A stretch of 64,000 nt of DNA from Cyanobacteriota bacterium (GTDB lineage Bacteria > Cyanobacteriota > Cyanobacteriia > Cyanobacteriales > Nostocaceae), in assembly GCA_046045965.1 (NCBI GenBank), contig JBJOKS010000004.1, positions 32,001 to 96,000 of the forward strand. The letters run 5' to 3'. A program made the translations under genes and the position numbers. The notes below the pieces were generated by a model. It did not search any database. It was not told the DNA's origin and worked only from the letters and a program-made list of their open reading frames with translations. Below are positions 42,950-54,326 of the stretch, one piece after another (the first letter of the stretch is position 1; every line of letters begins with the position of its first letter).

Positions 42950-44827
42950 ATGCGTTCTGTTCAATCTAATCAATTTGACTACGTAAAAATTGGTATTGCC
43001 TCACCAGAAAGGATTCGCGCCTGGGGTGAAAGAACTTTGCCTAATGGTCAGGTGGTGGGAGAGGTGACAAAACCAGAAACCATCAATTACCGGACTCTGA
43101 AACCAGAGATGGATGGTTTGTTTTGTGAGCGGATTTTTGGACCGGCGAAGGACTGGGAATGTCATTGCGGTAAATATAAAAGAGTTCGTCATAGAGGCAT
43201 TGTCTGTGAACGCTGTGGCGTTGAAGTCACAGAATCACGGGTACGTCGTCACAGAATGGGTTTTATTAAACTGGCTGCACCAGTGGCTCATGTGTGGTAT
43301 CTCAAGGGCATTCCTAGCTACATTGCTATTTTGCTAGATATGCCGCTGCGGGATGTGGAGCAGATTGTTTATTTCAACTCCTACTGTGTGCTGGCTCCGG
43401 GTAATGCGGATACTCTCACCTATAAACAACTGTTGAGTGAAGACCAGTGGCTAGAAATTGAGGATGCTATCTATAGCGAAGATTCCCAACTGGTAGGTGT
43501 TGAAGTGGGAATTGGGGCTGAGGCGCTGCTGCGACTGTTGGCAGATATTAATTTGGAGCAAGAAGCAGAAAACCTGCGGGAAGAAATTAATAGTGCTAAG
43601 GGGCAGAAACGCGCCAAGTTGATTAAACGGCTGCGGGTGATTGATAACTTTATTGCCACTGGTTCTAAACCAGAGTGGATGGTGATGTCAGCAATTCCCG
43701 TCATTCCTCCAGATTTGCGGCCGATGGTGCAGTTGGATGGGGGGAGATTTGCCACCAGTGATTTAAATGATTTATACCGCCGGGTGATTAATCGTAACAA
43801 CCGATTAGCGAGACTGCAAGAAATTTTGGCTCCTGAGATCATTGTCCGTAACGAAAAACGGATGTTGCAAGAAGCTGTAGATGCTTTGATTGATAATGGT
43901 CGTCGGGGTCGGACGGTGGTGGGAGCCAATAACCGCCCGTTGAAGTCGCTTTCGGACATTATTGAAGGTAAACAAGGACGTTTCCGCCAAAACCTGTTGG
44001 GTAAACGGGTGGACTATTCAGGACGTTCTGTAATTGTGGTGGGTCCCAAGCTGCAAATTCACCAGTGTGGACTACCCAGGGAAATGGCCATTGAACTGTT
44101 TCAGCCCTTTGTGATCAATCGGTTGATTCGTTCTGGCATGGTGAACAATATCAAGGCTGCCAAAAAACTGATTTCTCGCAATGACCCCAGCGTGTGGGAT
44201 GTGTTGGAAGAGGTGATTGAAGGGCATCCGGTAATGTTAAACCGAGCACCCACACTGCACAGGTTAGGGATTCAGGCTTTTGAACCAATTTTGGTGGAGG
44301 GGAGAGCAATTCAACTGCATCCCCTGGTATGTCCGGCTTTTAACGCTGACTTTGACGGCGACCAAATGGCGGTTCACGTGCCTTTGTCTTTGGAAAGTCA
44401 GGCAGAAGCGCGTTTGTTAATGTTGGCTTCCAACAACATTCTTTCACCTGCAACGGGCAAACCTATTGTCACTCCTAGCCAAGATATGGTGTTAGGAGCT
44501 TATTATCTGACAGCAGAAAACCCTGGTGCTACCAAGGGGGCTGGTGGTTATTTCTCTTCTCTGGATGACGTGATTATGGCATATCAACAAGATCAGGTTG
44601 AGCTTCATGCCTATATTTATGTACGGTTTGATGGAGAAATGGAAACTGGACAACCAGATAACGAACCGCAAGAAGTGAGAGAAAACGAAGATGGTACTCG
44701 GACTTTGCTGTATAAATTCCGCCGTGTTCGTCAAGATGCCCAAGGAAATTTAATTTCTCAGTATATCTACACCACCCCAGGTCGGGTGATTTATAACAAA
44801 GCGATTCAAGAAGCTTTAGCTAGTTAG
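42950..44827 (+). CDS. rpoC1: RNA polymerase gamma subunit
   Basis: Zinc finger; NADFDGD catalytic motif. Confidence 0.99.
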   Translation: MRSVQSNQFDYVKIGIASPERIRAWGERTLPNGQVVGEVTKPETINYRTLKPEMDGLFCERIFGPAKDWECHCGKYKRVRHRGIVCERCGVEVTESRVRRHRMGFIKLAAPVAHVWYLKGIPSYIAILLDMPLRDVEQIVYFNSYCVLAPGNADTLTYKQLLSEDQWLEIEDAIYSEDSQLVGVEVGIGAEALLRLLADINLEQEAENLREEINSAKGQKRAKLIKRLRVIDNFIATGSKPEWMVMSAIPVIPPDLRPMVQLDGGRFATSDLNDLYRRVINRNNRLARLQEILAPEIIVRNEKRMLQEAVDALIDNGRRGRTVVGANNRPLKSLSDIIEGKQGRFRQNLLGKRVDYSGRSVIVVGPKLQIHQCGLPREMAIELFQPFVINRLIRSGMVNNIKAAKKLISRNDPSVWDVLEEVIEGHPVMLNRAPTLHRLGIQAFEPILVEGRAIQLHPLVCPAFNADFDGDQMAVHVPLSLESQAEARLLMLASNNILSPATGKPIVTPSQDMVLGAYYLTAENPGATKGAGGYFSSLDDVIMAYQQDQVELHAYIYVRFDGEMETGQPDNEPQEVRENEDGTRTLLYKFRRVRQDAQGNLISQYIYTTPGRVIYNKAIQEALAS

Positions 44828-44980
44828 GTGAGTGGTGACTGGTGACTGGTGACTGGGAAGATTTATTTTCTTGCATCACAAAGTACATACAGGTTTTGAA
44901 GGATTAATTTCCCAATCACCAATCACTAATCACTAATCACCAATCACCAATAATGACTAATGACTAAGGACTAATGACTA
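44826..44980. repeat. STRR arrays (GGTGACT)n, (CCAATCA/CTAATCA)n, (ATGACTA)n
   Basis: Visible in the rpoC1-rpoC2 spacer. Confidence 0.9.
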
Positions 44981-47900
44981 ATGACTGAAAAAATGATTTT
45001 TCGTAACCTTGTCGTTAACAAGGGTCAGCTGAGAAACTTAATATCCTGGGCATTTACCCACTATGGAACAGCGCGGACAGCGGTAATGGCAGATAAGCTC
45101 AAAGACCTGGGCTTCCGTTATGCCACCAAAGCCGGAGTATCAATCAGCGTTGATGACTTGATGGTTCCTCCCTCCAAGCGATCGCTTTTAGAAGCAGCAG
45201 AAGAGGAAATTCTCAGCACCGAAGCCCGATTTAAACGGGGGGAAATTACGGAAGTTGAACGATTCCAGAAGGTAATTGATACTTGGAATGGAACTTCTGA
45301 AAGTTTGAAAGACGAAGTTGTTACCTACTTCAAAAAAACCAATCCCCTCAACTCGGTTTACATGATGGCCTTTTCTGGGGCGCGGGGTAACATTTCTCAA
45401 GTGCGGCAGTTGGTGGGGATGCGGGGACTAATGGCAGATCCCCAAGGGGAAATTATTGACTTACCCATTAAAACCAACTTCCGAGAAGGATTAACAGTTA
45501 CAGAATATATTATTTCTAGTTACGGAGCCAGAAAAGGATTAGTTGATACCGCGCTGCGGACTGCGGACTCTGGTTATCTGACCCGGCGATTGGTGGATGT
45601 ATCCCAAGATGTGATTATTCGTGAGTTTGACTGTGGTACTACCAGAGGTATACCCATTCGGGATATGACCGAAGGTGCGAAAGTCTTGATTCCCATTGGC
45701 ACAAGATTGATGGGGCGGGTAGTGGCAGAAGACGTGGTTCACCCTAGCACCGGGGAAATTATCGCCACCCGTAACACACCTATTTCTGATGACTTGGCCG
45801 CAGCTATTCAAAAAGCCGGAGTTAAAGAAGTTATAGCGCGATCGCCACTGACCTGTGAAGCGGCTCGTTCTGTGTGTCAACATTGCTATGGTTGGAGTTT
45901 GGCACATGCCAAAATGGTGGACTTGGGTGAAGCAGTGGGAATCATTGCGGCTCAGAGTATTGGAGAACCGGGTACTCAGTTAACCATGCGGACATTCCAC
46001 ACCGGGGGAGTTTTCACAGGGGAAGTGGCACAACAGGTACGGGCGAAAATTGACGGCACGGTGAAAATTTCTCGCAAGTTGAAAACCCGTCCCCATCGGA
46101 CTCGTCACGGTGAAGACGCGCTCTATGCCGAAACTAATGGGACTTTGGTTTTAGAAGCCAAGGGAGATGCAGAAAACCAAGAAATTTCCATTACCCAAGG
46201 TTCGACTTTATATATAGTTCCCGGACAACAGGTAAAAACTGCCCAATTGATCGCAGAAGTGGCACTGGGAGGCAGAACCACCAGAACCAACACGGAAAAA
46301 GCGGTGAAGGATGTGGCTTCTGACCTGGCGGGAGAAGTGCAGTTTGCGGATGTGGTGGCGGAACAAAAAACCGACCGTCAAGGTAACACCACCACGACAG
46401 CATCTAGAGGTGGTTTGATTTGGATTTTGTCTGGGGAAGTTTATAATTTGCCCCCTGGTGCAGAACTGGTGGTGAAAAATGGTGATGCGATCGCCTCCAA
46501 CGGAGTTTTGGCAGAAACCAAATTAACCACGGTGCATGGTGGGGTAGTGAGACTGCCAGAAGCCATTCCTGGTAAAGCGACTAGGGAAATTGAAATCATT
46601 ACTGCTTCTGTAGTTTTGGATCAGGCAACGGTAACAGTTCACAGTTCCCAAGGCAAGAATAATTACTTAATTCATACCGGGGAAGGGAACAGGGAACTCT
46701 TAACAGGGAACAGTGAAGAGTCACTCAGCACTAAGTCCCAAACCTTTAACCTGCGGGCTACACCGGGAACGAAGGTACAGAATGGACAGGTAGTAGCAGA
46801 GTTAATTGATGACCGTTATCGCACTACTACTGGTGGCTTTTTGAAGTTTGCTGGTATTGAAGTTCAGAAAAAAGGCAAGGCCAAGTTAGGCTATGAAGTG
46901 GTGACTGGTGGTACACTGCTGTGGATTCCTGAAGAAACCCACGAAGTTAACAAGGATATTTCTTTGTTGTTGGTGGAAGATGGGCAGTTTGTGGAAGCTG
47001 GAACAGAGGTGGTGAAGGACATTTTCTGTCAAACCAGTGGTGTGATTGAAGTTACCCAGAAGAACGACATCCTGCGGGAAATTGTGATCAAACCCGGTGA
47101 ACTGTTGATGGTGGATGATCCAGAAGCGGTGATGGGCATGGATAACACTTTCATTCAACCAGGGCAAGAGTTACAGGGAACAGTGGCCACAGAACTGCGT
47201 TATATTCAGTATGTGGAATCTACAGAAGGACCTGCACTCTTAAGCCGTCCGGTGGTAGAGTTTGATGTTCCTAGTAATCCAGATTTGCCTTCGACAACTA
47301 CAGTTAGTCAACACACTGGCAGGTCAATTCAATTGCGGGCTGTGCAGCGGTTGCCCTATAAAGATTCTGAGAGAGTGAAATCTGTGGAAGGGGTGGAACT
47401 GCTGCGGACTCAGCTGGTATTGGAAATTGAGCAAGAGGGAGAACAGGATCATGCAGCTTCACCTTTGGCAGCGGATATTGAATTAGTTGCTGATAGTGAA
47501 AATGCTGAGATTCAGAAGTTGCAATTGGTGATTTTGGAGTCTTTGGTAGTTCGTCGAGATATTGCCGCAGATGCCACCCAAGGCAGCACCCACACAACCC
47601 TAGAGGTGGAAGATGGTTTGACCATTGCTCCTGGAGCAGTGGTAGCCCGGACACAGATTTTGTGTAAGGAAGGGGGAATCGTCCGGGGTGTGCGTCGAGA
47701 TACGGAAGCTGTGCGCCGCTGTTTGGTGTTGCGAGAAAGCGACATGATGACTATCAGCAGCACCACAGCGCCAAAGGTGAAGAAGGGTGATTTGTTGGTG
47801 GAAGGTGCAGAAATTGCCCCTGGTGTGTTGGCACCGGTATCAGGACAGGTGGTAGCAGTGAGCAGTCAGCGGTCAGAAAGTTCTTCTGCTCTGACAACTG

Positions 47901-49093
47901 AGAATAGTTCACTGATCACTGTTAGAGTTGGCCGTCCTTACCGAGTCAGTCCTGGTGCGGTGTTGCAAATTGAGGATGGGGGACTGGTGCAGCGGGGTGA
48001 TAATTTGGTGTTGTTGGTGTTTGAGCGAGCTAAGACCGGGGACATTATTCAAGGTTTACCGAGAATTGAAGAACTGTTGGAAGCTCGTAAACCCAAGGAA
48101 GCCTGTATTTTGTGCCGTCGTCCTGGTGAGGTGAAGGTTGTGTATGGTGACGGTGATGAAGGGATGCCTTTGTCACGGGAGGCTTATGCGATTAAGGTTA
48201 TGGAATCTGGGGGTGTGGTGACAGACTATCCTCTTGGACCTGGACAAAACTTGATAGTTCCCGATGGCGCTCATGTTTTGGCTGGGCAACCTTTGACTGA
48301 TGGACCTTCTAACCCCCATGAGATTTTGGAGATTTTCTTTAGTCTCGGTTCTGAGGACGGGGTTTATGCCTGTGCTAGTCATGCTCTGCAAAAGGTACAG
48401 AGCTTTTTGGTGAATGAGGTACAGATGGTGTACCAGTCTCAAGGAATTGAAATTTCTGACAAGCACATTGAAGTCATTGTCCGGCAAATGACGAATAAGG
48501 TCCGCATTGATGACGGTGGGGATACGACTATGTTGCCGGGTGAGTTGGTGGAACTGCGTCAGGTGGAACAGGTGAATGAAGCTATGTCCATTACTGGTGG
48601 TGCTAAGGCTCAGTATACTCCTGTGTTGTTGGGGATTACTAAGGCATCCTTGAATACTGACAGCTTTATCTCTGCGGCTTCTTTCCAAGAAACTACTAGG
48701 GTGTTAACTGAAGCTGCTATTGAGGGTAAGTCTGACTGGTTACGTGGTTTGAAGGAAAACGTGATCATTGGGCGGTTAATTCCCGCTGGTACTGGTTACA
48801 ACACCTATGACGAACCCAGCACCATTGAGGATTTTGGTACTGATTTGGGTAGTGGGGTTTTGGATGAGGTGGATGATCCACTGGATATGGTTTTGGATGA
48901 CCGCACTGCTAAACTGTACAGCTTAGATACTCCTGCTTTGGGTGATGGTAGTTATGGTGGTAGACGGGGTGATCGGGCGATTTTAGATGATGATGATGAT
49001 TTGATTGCTGATGAAGTGATTTCGGGTGTTGAAGAAGAGGAGGAAGATGACTACGAAGAAGAGGAGGAAGATGATGATTATGATGAAGAATAA
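44981..49093 (+). CDS. rpoC2: RNA polymerase beta' subunit
   Basis: [24 protein letters not shown], large SI3 insertion, SAASFQETT. Confidence 0.99.
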   Translation: MTEKMIFRNLVVNKGQLRNLISWAFTHYGTARTAVMADKLKDLGFRYATKAGVSISVDDLMVPPSKRSLLEAAEEEILSTEARFKRGEITEVERFQKVIDTWNGTSESLKDEVVTYFKKTNPLNSVYMMAFSGARGNISQVRQLVGMRGLMADPQGEIIDLPIKTNFREGLTVTEYIISSYGARKGLVDTALRTADSGYLTRRLVDVSQDVIIREFDCGTTRGIPIRDMTEGAKVLIPIGTRLMGRVVAEDVVHPSTGEIIATRNTPISDDLAAAIQKAGVKEVIARSPLTCEAARSVCQHCYGWSLAHAKMVDLGEAVGIIAAQSIGEPGTQLTMRTFHTGGVFTGEVAQQVRAKIDGTVKISRKLKTRPHRTRHGEDALYAETNGTLVLEAKGDAENQEISITQGSTLYIVPGQQVKTAQLIAEVALGGRTTRTNTEKAVKDVASDLAGEVQFADVVAEQKTDRQGNTTTTASRGGLIWILSGEVYNLPPGAELVVKNGDAIASNGVLAETKLTTVHGGVVRLPEAIPGKATREIEIITASVVLDQATVTVHSSQGKNNYLIHTGEGNRELLTGNSEESLSTKSQTFNLRATPGTKVQNGQVVAELIDDRYRTTTGGFLKFAGIEVQKKGKAKLGYEVVTGGTLLWIPEETHEVNKDISLLLVEDGQFVEAGTEVVKDIFCQTSGVIEVTQKNDILREIVIKPGELLMVDDPEAVMGMDNTFIQPGQELQGTVATELRYIQYVESTEGPALLSRPVVEFDVPSNPDLPSTTTVSQHTGRSIQLRAVQRLPYKDSERVKSVEGVELLRTQLVLEIEQEGEQDHAASPLAADIELVADSENAEIQKLQLVILESLVVRRDIAADATQGSTHTTLEVEDGLTIAPGAVVARTQILCKEGGIVRGVRRDTEAVRRCLVLRESDMMTISSTTAPKVKKGDLLVEGAEIAPGVLAPVSGQVVAVSSQRSESSSALTTENSSLITVRVGRPYRVSPGAVLQIEDGGLVQRGDNLVLLVFERAKTGDIIQGLPRIEELLEARKPKEACILCRRPGEVKVVYGDGDEGMPLSREAYAIKVMESGGVVTDYPLGPGQNLIVPDGAHVLAGQPLTDGPSNPHEILEIFFSLGSEDGVYACASHALQKVQSFLVNEVQMVYQSQGIEISDKHIEVIVRQMTNKVRIDDGGDTTMLPGELVELRQVEQVNEAMSITGGAKAQYTPVLLGITKASLNTDSFISAASFQETTRVLTEAAIEGKSDWLRGLKENVIIGRLIPAGTGYNTYDEPSTIEDFGTDLGSGVLDEVDDPLDMVLDDRTAKLYSLDTPALGDGSYGGRRGDRAILDDDDDLIADEVISGVEEEEEDDYEEEEEDDDYDEE

Positions 49094-49180
49094 AGCCGAA
49101 AGGTAATATTTGAAAAGGGCAAAGGAAACATAAACTTTTGCCTTTTTCTTTTACTTTTGCTCCCACTTAATTTGCCTAAA

Positions 49181-49558
49181 TCAAAAATTAGTAACGGTAA
49201 AACTTAAACCAGAATCAAGGGGGGGAACTTTTAAATACTCGATAGGTTCATAATTTTGACTATTTGAGTTATTTGTTGCCGAACATGATTGAAAAAAGGT
49301 TTCTGGATTGTTGATATACTCCAGTGGGTTAATTTTTTTGCATTCTGGATCAGTTACTCTTAAACCTGGATCGTTATTATTAGCAGTATCTTTGACAATA
49401 TTCCACTTGTTGGTAATTGTGGCTGCTTCTGTTACTAAATTTGCGGATTGTTCGGGTTTAATTGTGACATCGTAAATTGGTTTGGGGTTAGCATAAGCAT
49501 TAGAATTGATAGCCAGCCCACCAATCACAACAACTAAGGTGAAAAGGGAATATTTCAT
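49181..49558 (-). CDS. Secreted hypothetical protein
   Basis: Signal peptide (AYA-N); two Cys; function not recognised. Confidence 0.7.
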   Translation of the reverse strand: MKYSLFTLVVVIGGLAINSNAYANPKPIYDVTIKPEQSANLVTEAATITNKWNIVKDTANNNDPGLRVTDPECKKINPLEYINNPETFFQSCSATNNSNSQNYEPIEYLKVPPLDSGLSFTVTNF

Positions 49559-49754
49559 ATTAAGTTGACTAGAATTTAAGACTCTGGAAAAAATTACAAT
49601 CTGTTAAGCACAAATACTGTTTACATAAAACAAGTTTAAACCACATTTAGACTTGATTCTGGAACTAATAAAACTTTTCTCTATTTTTCTTATTAAAAGT
49701 CTGTTAAAGTTCAATATTTTTAATATTCTTGCTGTTTTTCTATGGCTGCCATAA

Positions 49755-49925
49755 GCCTTGGCGACTGGAAGTCGCAGCTATACAGACAAAACCCACCTCC
49801 GTGGGTTTCAAACCCTTGATTTTTCATTACTCCACGCGGGTGGACTTTGCTTGTGTAGTAGCTAGCGTTCGCGAAGCGTGCCGGAGGCATCTTTTTAATC
49901 GCCCAAAACTTTTCAAACATCCTCT
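49755..49925. repeat. ~170-bp composite dispersed repeat, copy 2
   Basis: Collinear with 21985-22151; ends ACTTTTCAAACATCCTCT. Confidence 0.9.
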
Positions 49926-50010
49926 TAGAGTGACAAGTTTGCACAAATGTCCTCTGTCAGCTATACTTCATTCTGTGTATTTGAATTCGTAAATCATAAA
50001 TTTCCTCAAG

Positions 50011-50556
50011 ATGACTACTGAAAATAATATTCCTGCTTTAGACAGTTTAGAATATGTTGCTTATATTGACGAGAATGGAGAATTACCAGAACAATTTCAG
50101 GGTAAAATAGGAGTTTACGCGATTTTTAATCAAGAAAGAATTCTGCAATTTGTTGGTTATTCCCGTGATGTTTATCTCAGTTGTAAGCAGCATTTAGTCC
50201 GTCAACCAGAACAATGTTATTGGTTGAAGGTAGAAACAATTGAACGTCCTAACCGCACGATTTTAGAACAGATTGAAAATGCTTGGATTTCTGAAAATGG
50301 TAGTCTTCCTTTAGGTAATGGAGAAAATAAAGAAAAATGGACTAACCCTATTAATAGTCTGGTACTAATGACAACTGAAGAACAAGCTAATTATCAAAAT
50401 CCACTAATTGAAGATTTAACAAAAATGAAACTCGTTAAAAATGTGGCGCGACGAGTTGAAGCTGAAATTTTAGCGGTGTTAGAAGCACGGGGGTTAAAAA
50501 CCCAAATTCGCTTTAATCCTAAATTAAAAGAAGAAGGTTTACTAGATTTAAAATGA
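50011..50556 (+). CDS. GIY-YIG nuclease-family protein
   Basis: GVYAIF...QFVGYSRD...KQH. Confidence 0.85.
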   Translation: MTTENNIPALDSLEYVAYIDENGELPEQFQGKIGVYAIFNQERILQFVGYSRDVYLSCKQHLVRQPEQCYWLKVETIERPNRTILEQIENAWISENGSLPLGNGENKEKWTNPINSLVLMTTEEQANYQNPLIEDLTKMKLVKNVARRVEAEILAVLEARGLKTQIRFNPKLKEEGLLDLK

Positions 50557-50561
50557 TGTTT

Positions 50562-50738
50562 TTAAAGCTGTAATTCCAATCCTGGTAAAACATCTTCTCC
50601 AAAAAAAAACAGCGGTAAGTTTGACAATTTCTATAGGTTTTCCGAAAGGTTTAAGTCTTTCTTAACAGTACAGAGTTGGTAAAATTGCTCGTCTGTAAGG
50701 TGAATAATAGGTGCTAGGTTTAAGGTGACGGTATTCAT
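50562..50738 (-). pseudogene. Internally deleted Uma2-family endonuclease remnant
   Basis: MNTVTLNLAPIIHLTDEQFYQLC (Uma2-type N-terminus) joined to KPIEIVKL...GEDVLPGLELQL* (C-terminus) with frameshifts. Confidence 0.8.
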
Positions 50739-50789
50739 GCGAGATTATTAGTGCAATTGTTCTGGTTTAAATTTTTCAGAGTCAGCCAT

Positions 50790-51551
50790 TTAGCCATCTT
50801 CGTTATCACCAAAATCAGGTTCAATACCTAGAGTGCGTAATTGTTCTGCTAATCTTTCTGCGCGTCGTTTTTCCCGTTCCTTTTGTTTTCTTTCCCGTTC
50901 TGCCGGTGTGAGAACCCAGTTACCTGAAGCATCATACCAGCGTAACCACTGCCGTTCAATGCCTTGATAGACACCTTGCCACAGTCCTAAACCTAATTCA
51001 ATATCATTTAGCCATACACGCAGTTGATTGATTTCCAATTCAGCATAACTACTTGCCTGTAATTGAAATGCTCTTAACTCGTCAGTGTAACGATCAAAAA
51101 CTATATAATAGGGTACTCTTAAAACTCGTTCGTAAACTTCCCACTTAGTTGGGGGTTGACTAGCATCTCGTAAGGTTCTCCCTAAATCTTCTTTTTCTGT
51201 TCCTGGTGAAATAAATTCTACCACCACAAAAGGATTAACGCCTTCTTGCCAAACTACATAACTTAGCCGCAGTTCTTTTTGTGCATACAACCTGGGGACA
51301 TCAACGACAGCAAACCAGTCAGGGCGTTTATACCATAATGGATGATGAACATCATAGTAAAGATTTAAGTCTGTGGCGATAAATACCTGATTTTCCGGGA
51401 AGTTGGACGGACAAAAAGTTTCCCGTAATAACTGCGGTTGTAAAAGATGAAATTCGTCTGGCAAACCGGGTTCCTCTGGATTTTCGCTAGGTAAATCATA
51501 CATTGTCGGTAGGAATTCCTTAGCAGAACGCGGTGGGTCTGTTTGATACAT
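50790..51551 (-). CDS. Uma2-family (PD-(D/E)XK) endonuclease
   Basis: LPTMYDLPSE.PEEPGLPDEFH, RPDWF, VVVEFISPGT. Confidence 0.92.
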   Translation of the reverse strand: MYQTDPPRSAKEFLPTMYDLPSENPEEPGLPDEFHLLQPQLLRETFCPSNFPENQVFIATDLNLYYDVHHPLWYKRPDWFAVVDVPRLYAQKELRLSYVVWQEGVNPFVVVEFISPGTEKEDLGRTLRDASQPPTKWEVYERVLRVPYYIVFDRYTDELRAFQLQASSYAELEINQLRVWLNDIELGLGLWQGVYQGIERQWLRWYDASGNWVLTPAERERKQKEREKRRAERLAEQLRTLGIEPDFGDNEDG

Positions 51552-51808
51552 AACGGCTGCAAAAAAGAAATGTCAAGTTCACTATATGCTTGTTTTAATT
51601 CTTGATATTGCAATAAATCCAGTGCTAACCTTCTTACTTGAGAACTAGATTTACAGACTTTAATAATTTTGTAGTTATCAACAAACTCTACTTATGGTGC
51701 TGGTGAGGAAATTGATATTTTTTCCATTTGCATGGAATTACCATCTGGTGATTTTTTACCTAAATCAGCAATTAGGTTTAAAAAATTGCACTAAATTCAT
51801 TCATGGTG

Positions 51809-51845
51809 TGTTATACTCTTGGTTATTATGTAGCAATACATAATA
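51809..51845 (+). promoter_or_regulatory. Extended -10 promoter followed by a 9-4-9 palindrome
   Basis: TG-T-TATACT at 51809-51817; TATTATGTA-gcaa-TACATAATA at 51824-51845. Confidence 0.5.
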
Positions 51846-51914
51846 CAATAACCCCAGTAACTATCTGTTAAGTGGGGTAAATTTCAATGCAAAATTAGTT
51901 TACGGAGGAAATCA

Positions 51915-52055
51915 GTGTTTAAGCACTATTTTTGTATTTTCGCGTGCTTGTGTGCGATATCCTATATATCTCACAATGTAGCAACAACGGCTAAGTACAG
52001 CGATTCAACGGTCAAGACAGTAGAATCAGTAGTTACAAAAATTAAGGAGAAGTAA
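51915..52055 (+). CDS. 46-aa small protein below the ORF-track cutoff
   Basis: GGAGG at 51904-51908, GTG start, MFKHYFCIFACLCAISYISHNVATTAKYSDSTVKTVESVVTKIKEK*. Confidence 0.55.
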   Translation: MFKHYFCIFACLCAISYISHNVATTAKYSDSTVKTVESVVTKIKEK

Positions 52056-52153
52056 GATAACAAAATCTTCCGCTTGAGTCAAATAAATGATCTTCGTGTA
52101 CTTATAACAAGCATTGTTAGATTTTGCTTGCATTTTGAAATTCACGGAGACAT

Positions 52154-52183
52154 GGGTAGTGTGGGTAGCACTGCCCTTTTTTT
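52154..52183 (+). terminator. Rho-independent terminator
   Basis: GGGTAGTG/CACTGCCC stem plus T7. Confidence 0.75.
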
Positions 52184-52345
52184 ATTGACATCTTTAATAT
52201 AACACACACTATCTTATTTGTTATCTTTTTTGTAGAAAATAAATAAGGATAAGGAGTTTTTTCTCCTTTCCTCCGAATGCAGTTGATGAGTCTCTGACTC
52301 AACTACCACGACAAAATCGGGTAAAGTGGCTTGTATTCTGGGTTT

Positions 52346-52434
52346 GGAGGCAGAGCCTCCTGGTAGGCAATAGAATTGTTATCTAAATTGTAGAATTTAA
52401 ACTGTAGGCATTCCCAGCCGGAGTCTGGGAACGA
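52346..52434. repeat. REP-like repeat remnants
   Basis: GGAGGCAGAGCCTCC hairpin and GGCATTCCCAGCCGGAGTCTGGGAACGAG hairpin. Confidence 0.7.
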
Positions 52435-52598
52435 GGGATTAAACACGGTTTAATGATTTTATTTTCCTGCATATCGTATTCATATCACCTTTGTCCAAAC
52501 TCCAAAAATGTGATGTTTGGGGGGAGGAAAGCGATCGCTTGTAGATGCTAGACTCCGAAAGTGCGATCGCTAAGTTATATTTTTTCACTGCGTTGGAG

Positions 52599-54326
52599 TT
52601 AATAATAACTCGCTGATTTGCGATGATGCACAGCCGTCACACCATCTTGATTTAACACCTTCCCATCATTAACAGTGGCATAAACCAACCAATGATCACC
52701 GGCTTCCATGCGACTTTGAACAGAACACTCCAGGTAAGCTAAAGCACCATTCAGAATCACACCACCATTATTAGCTTCTGTGGTTTCCAAACCAGCAAAT
52801 CTATCTTGTCCAGGGGCGTAAACCTTCATAAAATGCTTGCGTATTTCCCGACCTTCGGCCAAGACATTGACAACAAATTGATTACCAGTGTAAGTCATGC
52901 TTTCCATTGCCCTATCCTTAGCTACCGCAATAGTTAAACCAGGAGGACTAAAGCTGGCTTGTGTTACCCAAGATGCTAACATCCCCGTTTTAACTTCCCC
53001 TTGAGTAGCGGTGACAACACACAGAGAACCAACAATGCGACCTACTGCTTGTTCGACATTAGTTGCAGGTTGTCTAGCGACAACAGATTTTCTAGCGGCG
53101 CGTTTTAATGCTTGAGCGAAATCTGTTCCTGCTTCTTCACAGGTTTGTAAGGTGACTTCGTTAGGTTTGAACTTAACGCGGATGGTGTCAAAACCAAATC
53201 TGTAACCTGCATCTTTGAGTTTACTTTCTATTAAATCAACTGCTTCCCCACTCCAACCAAAAGAACCGAAAACACCAGCGAGTTTATTGTTAGTAGCTGT
53301 TGATAAAACGATTCCTAAAGCTGTTTGCACTGGTGTGGGTGCGTGGCCTCCTAATGTGGGAGAACCGATCACAAAACCTGCGGATTTTTCGATAGCGGTT
53401 TTGATTTCTTCGGGATCTGCAAATTCGCAATTTATTGATTCAACACTGACACCTGCTTTAGTTATACCACGAGCGATCGCACCTGCTAAAGTTGCAGTAT
53501 TGCCATAAGCAGAAGCATAAATCAAAGTTACGCTCATTTCGGCGTTAGTTTGTTGCTTGATCCATTCTCGATAAGAATGAGTAAGTTCTTGTAAAGCATA
53601 TCTTACCAAAGGACCATGACCAGTAGCATACAACCTCACTGGCAAATCTGCCAATTTATCCAAAGCTGTTTCTACTTGTTTAGCGTGGGGAGCCATGAGA
53701 CAATCGAAATAATAGCGGCGATCTTCATTAAAGACTTCCCAACCTTCATCAAATACTTGATCACCACAAATATGCGCTCCAAATAATTTATCGGTAAATA
53801 AGATATTTGTTTGTGGATCATAAGTACAAAGTTCGTCAGCGTAACGGGGGTTAGGTGTAGGAATAAATTGTAAATTATGTCCTTTACCTAAATCTAAAGT
53901 TTCATCACCCCGCATTACTAAGATTGGTAAATCCTCATTTTCTAAAGCTGCACGTAAATTTATTGCTCCTGGGTTGGAACAAACAAAAGTAATTTGTGGT
54001 GCAATTTCTAGTAAAGCTTTTAATGTTGCCGCCCGGTTAGGATTGATATGACCAAGAATTACATAATCAATGGTTTTGATATCAATTCTTTTTTGTAAAG
54101 CATCTAAATAAATTTCCGTAAAAGTTTCACCAGGAGGATCAATTAAGGCAATTTTCTCACCTTGAATTAAAAAAGAATTAGCAGTTGTACCTTTAGCCAA
54201 AGCATATTCTATTTCAAATCTTAACCTTGCCCAACTGCGCGATCGCAATATTGTTGTATTTGTACCAATAGGCAAAATTTGTACATCACGGGGCTTAGAA
54301 TTTTCTGACATAATTTTAATCTCCAT
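52599..54326 (-). CDS. flv1: Flavodiiron protein, Flv1 type (start probably ATG 54311)
   Basis: RLRFEIEYAL; non-canonical ligand motif GHINPNR; flavodoxin and flavin-reductase domains. Confidence 0.88.
   Translation of the reverse strand: MEIKIMSENSKPRDVQILPIGTNTTILRSRSWARLRFEIEYALAKGTTANSFLIQGEKIALIDPPGETFTEIYLDALQKRIDIKTIDYVILGHINPNRAATLKALLEIAPQITFVCSNPGAINLRAALENEDLPILVMRGDETLDLGKGHNLQFIPTPNPRYADELCTYDPQTNILFTDKLFGAHICGDQVFDEGWEVFNEDRRYYFDCLMAPHAKQVETALDKLADLPVRLYATGHGPLVRYALQELTHSYREWIKQQTNAEMSVTLIYASAYGNTATLAGAIARGITKAGVSVESINCEFADPEEIKTAIEKSAGFVIGSPTLGGHAPTPVQTALGIVLSTATNNKLAGVFGSFGWSGEAVDLIESKLKDAGYRFGFDTIRVKFKPNEVTLQTCEEAGTDFAQALKRAARKSVVARQPATNVEQAVGRIVGSLCVVTATQGEVKTGMLASWVTQASFSPPGLTIAVAKDRAMESMTYTGNQFVVNVLAEGREIRKHFMKVYAPGQDRFAGLETTEANNGGVILNGALAYLECSVQSRMEAGDHWLVYATVNDGKVLNQDGVTAVHHRKSASYY

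Noticed and set aside
39903..48688. Many antisense and alternate-frame ORFs within rpoB/rpoC1/rpoC2
   Set aside because: Shadow ORFs expected from codon bias in long genes; no independent signals seen.
42950..49093. Split rpoC, large RpoC2 insertion, and rplKAJL separated from rpoB
   Set aside because: Normal cyanobacterial organisation.
52117..52302. 61-aa minus-strand ORF
   Set aside because: Runs across a plus-strand terminator and low-complexity DNA; no coding signals.
52599..54326. Missing canonical di-iron ligands in a flavodiiron protein
   Set aside because: Expected for Flv1/Flv2-type subunits.
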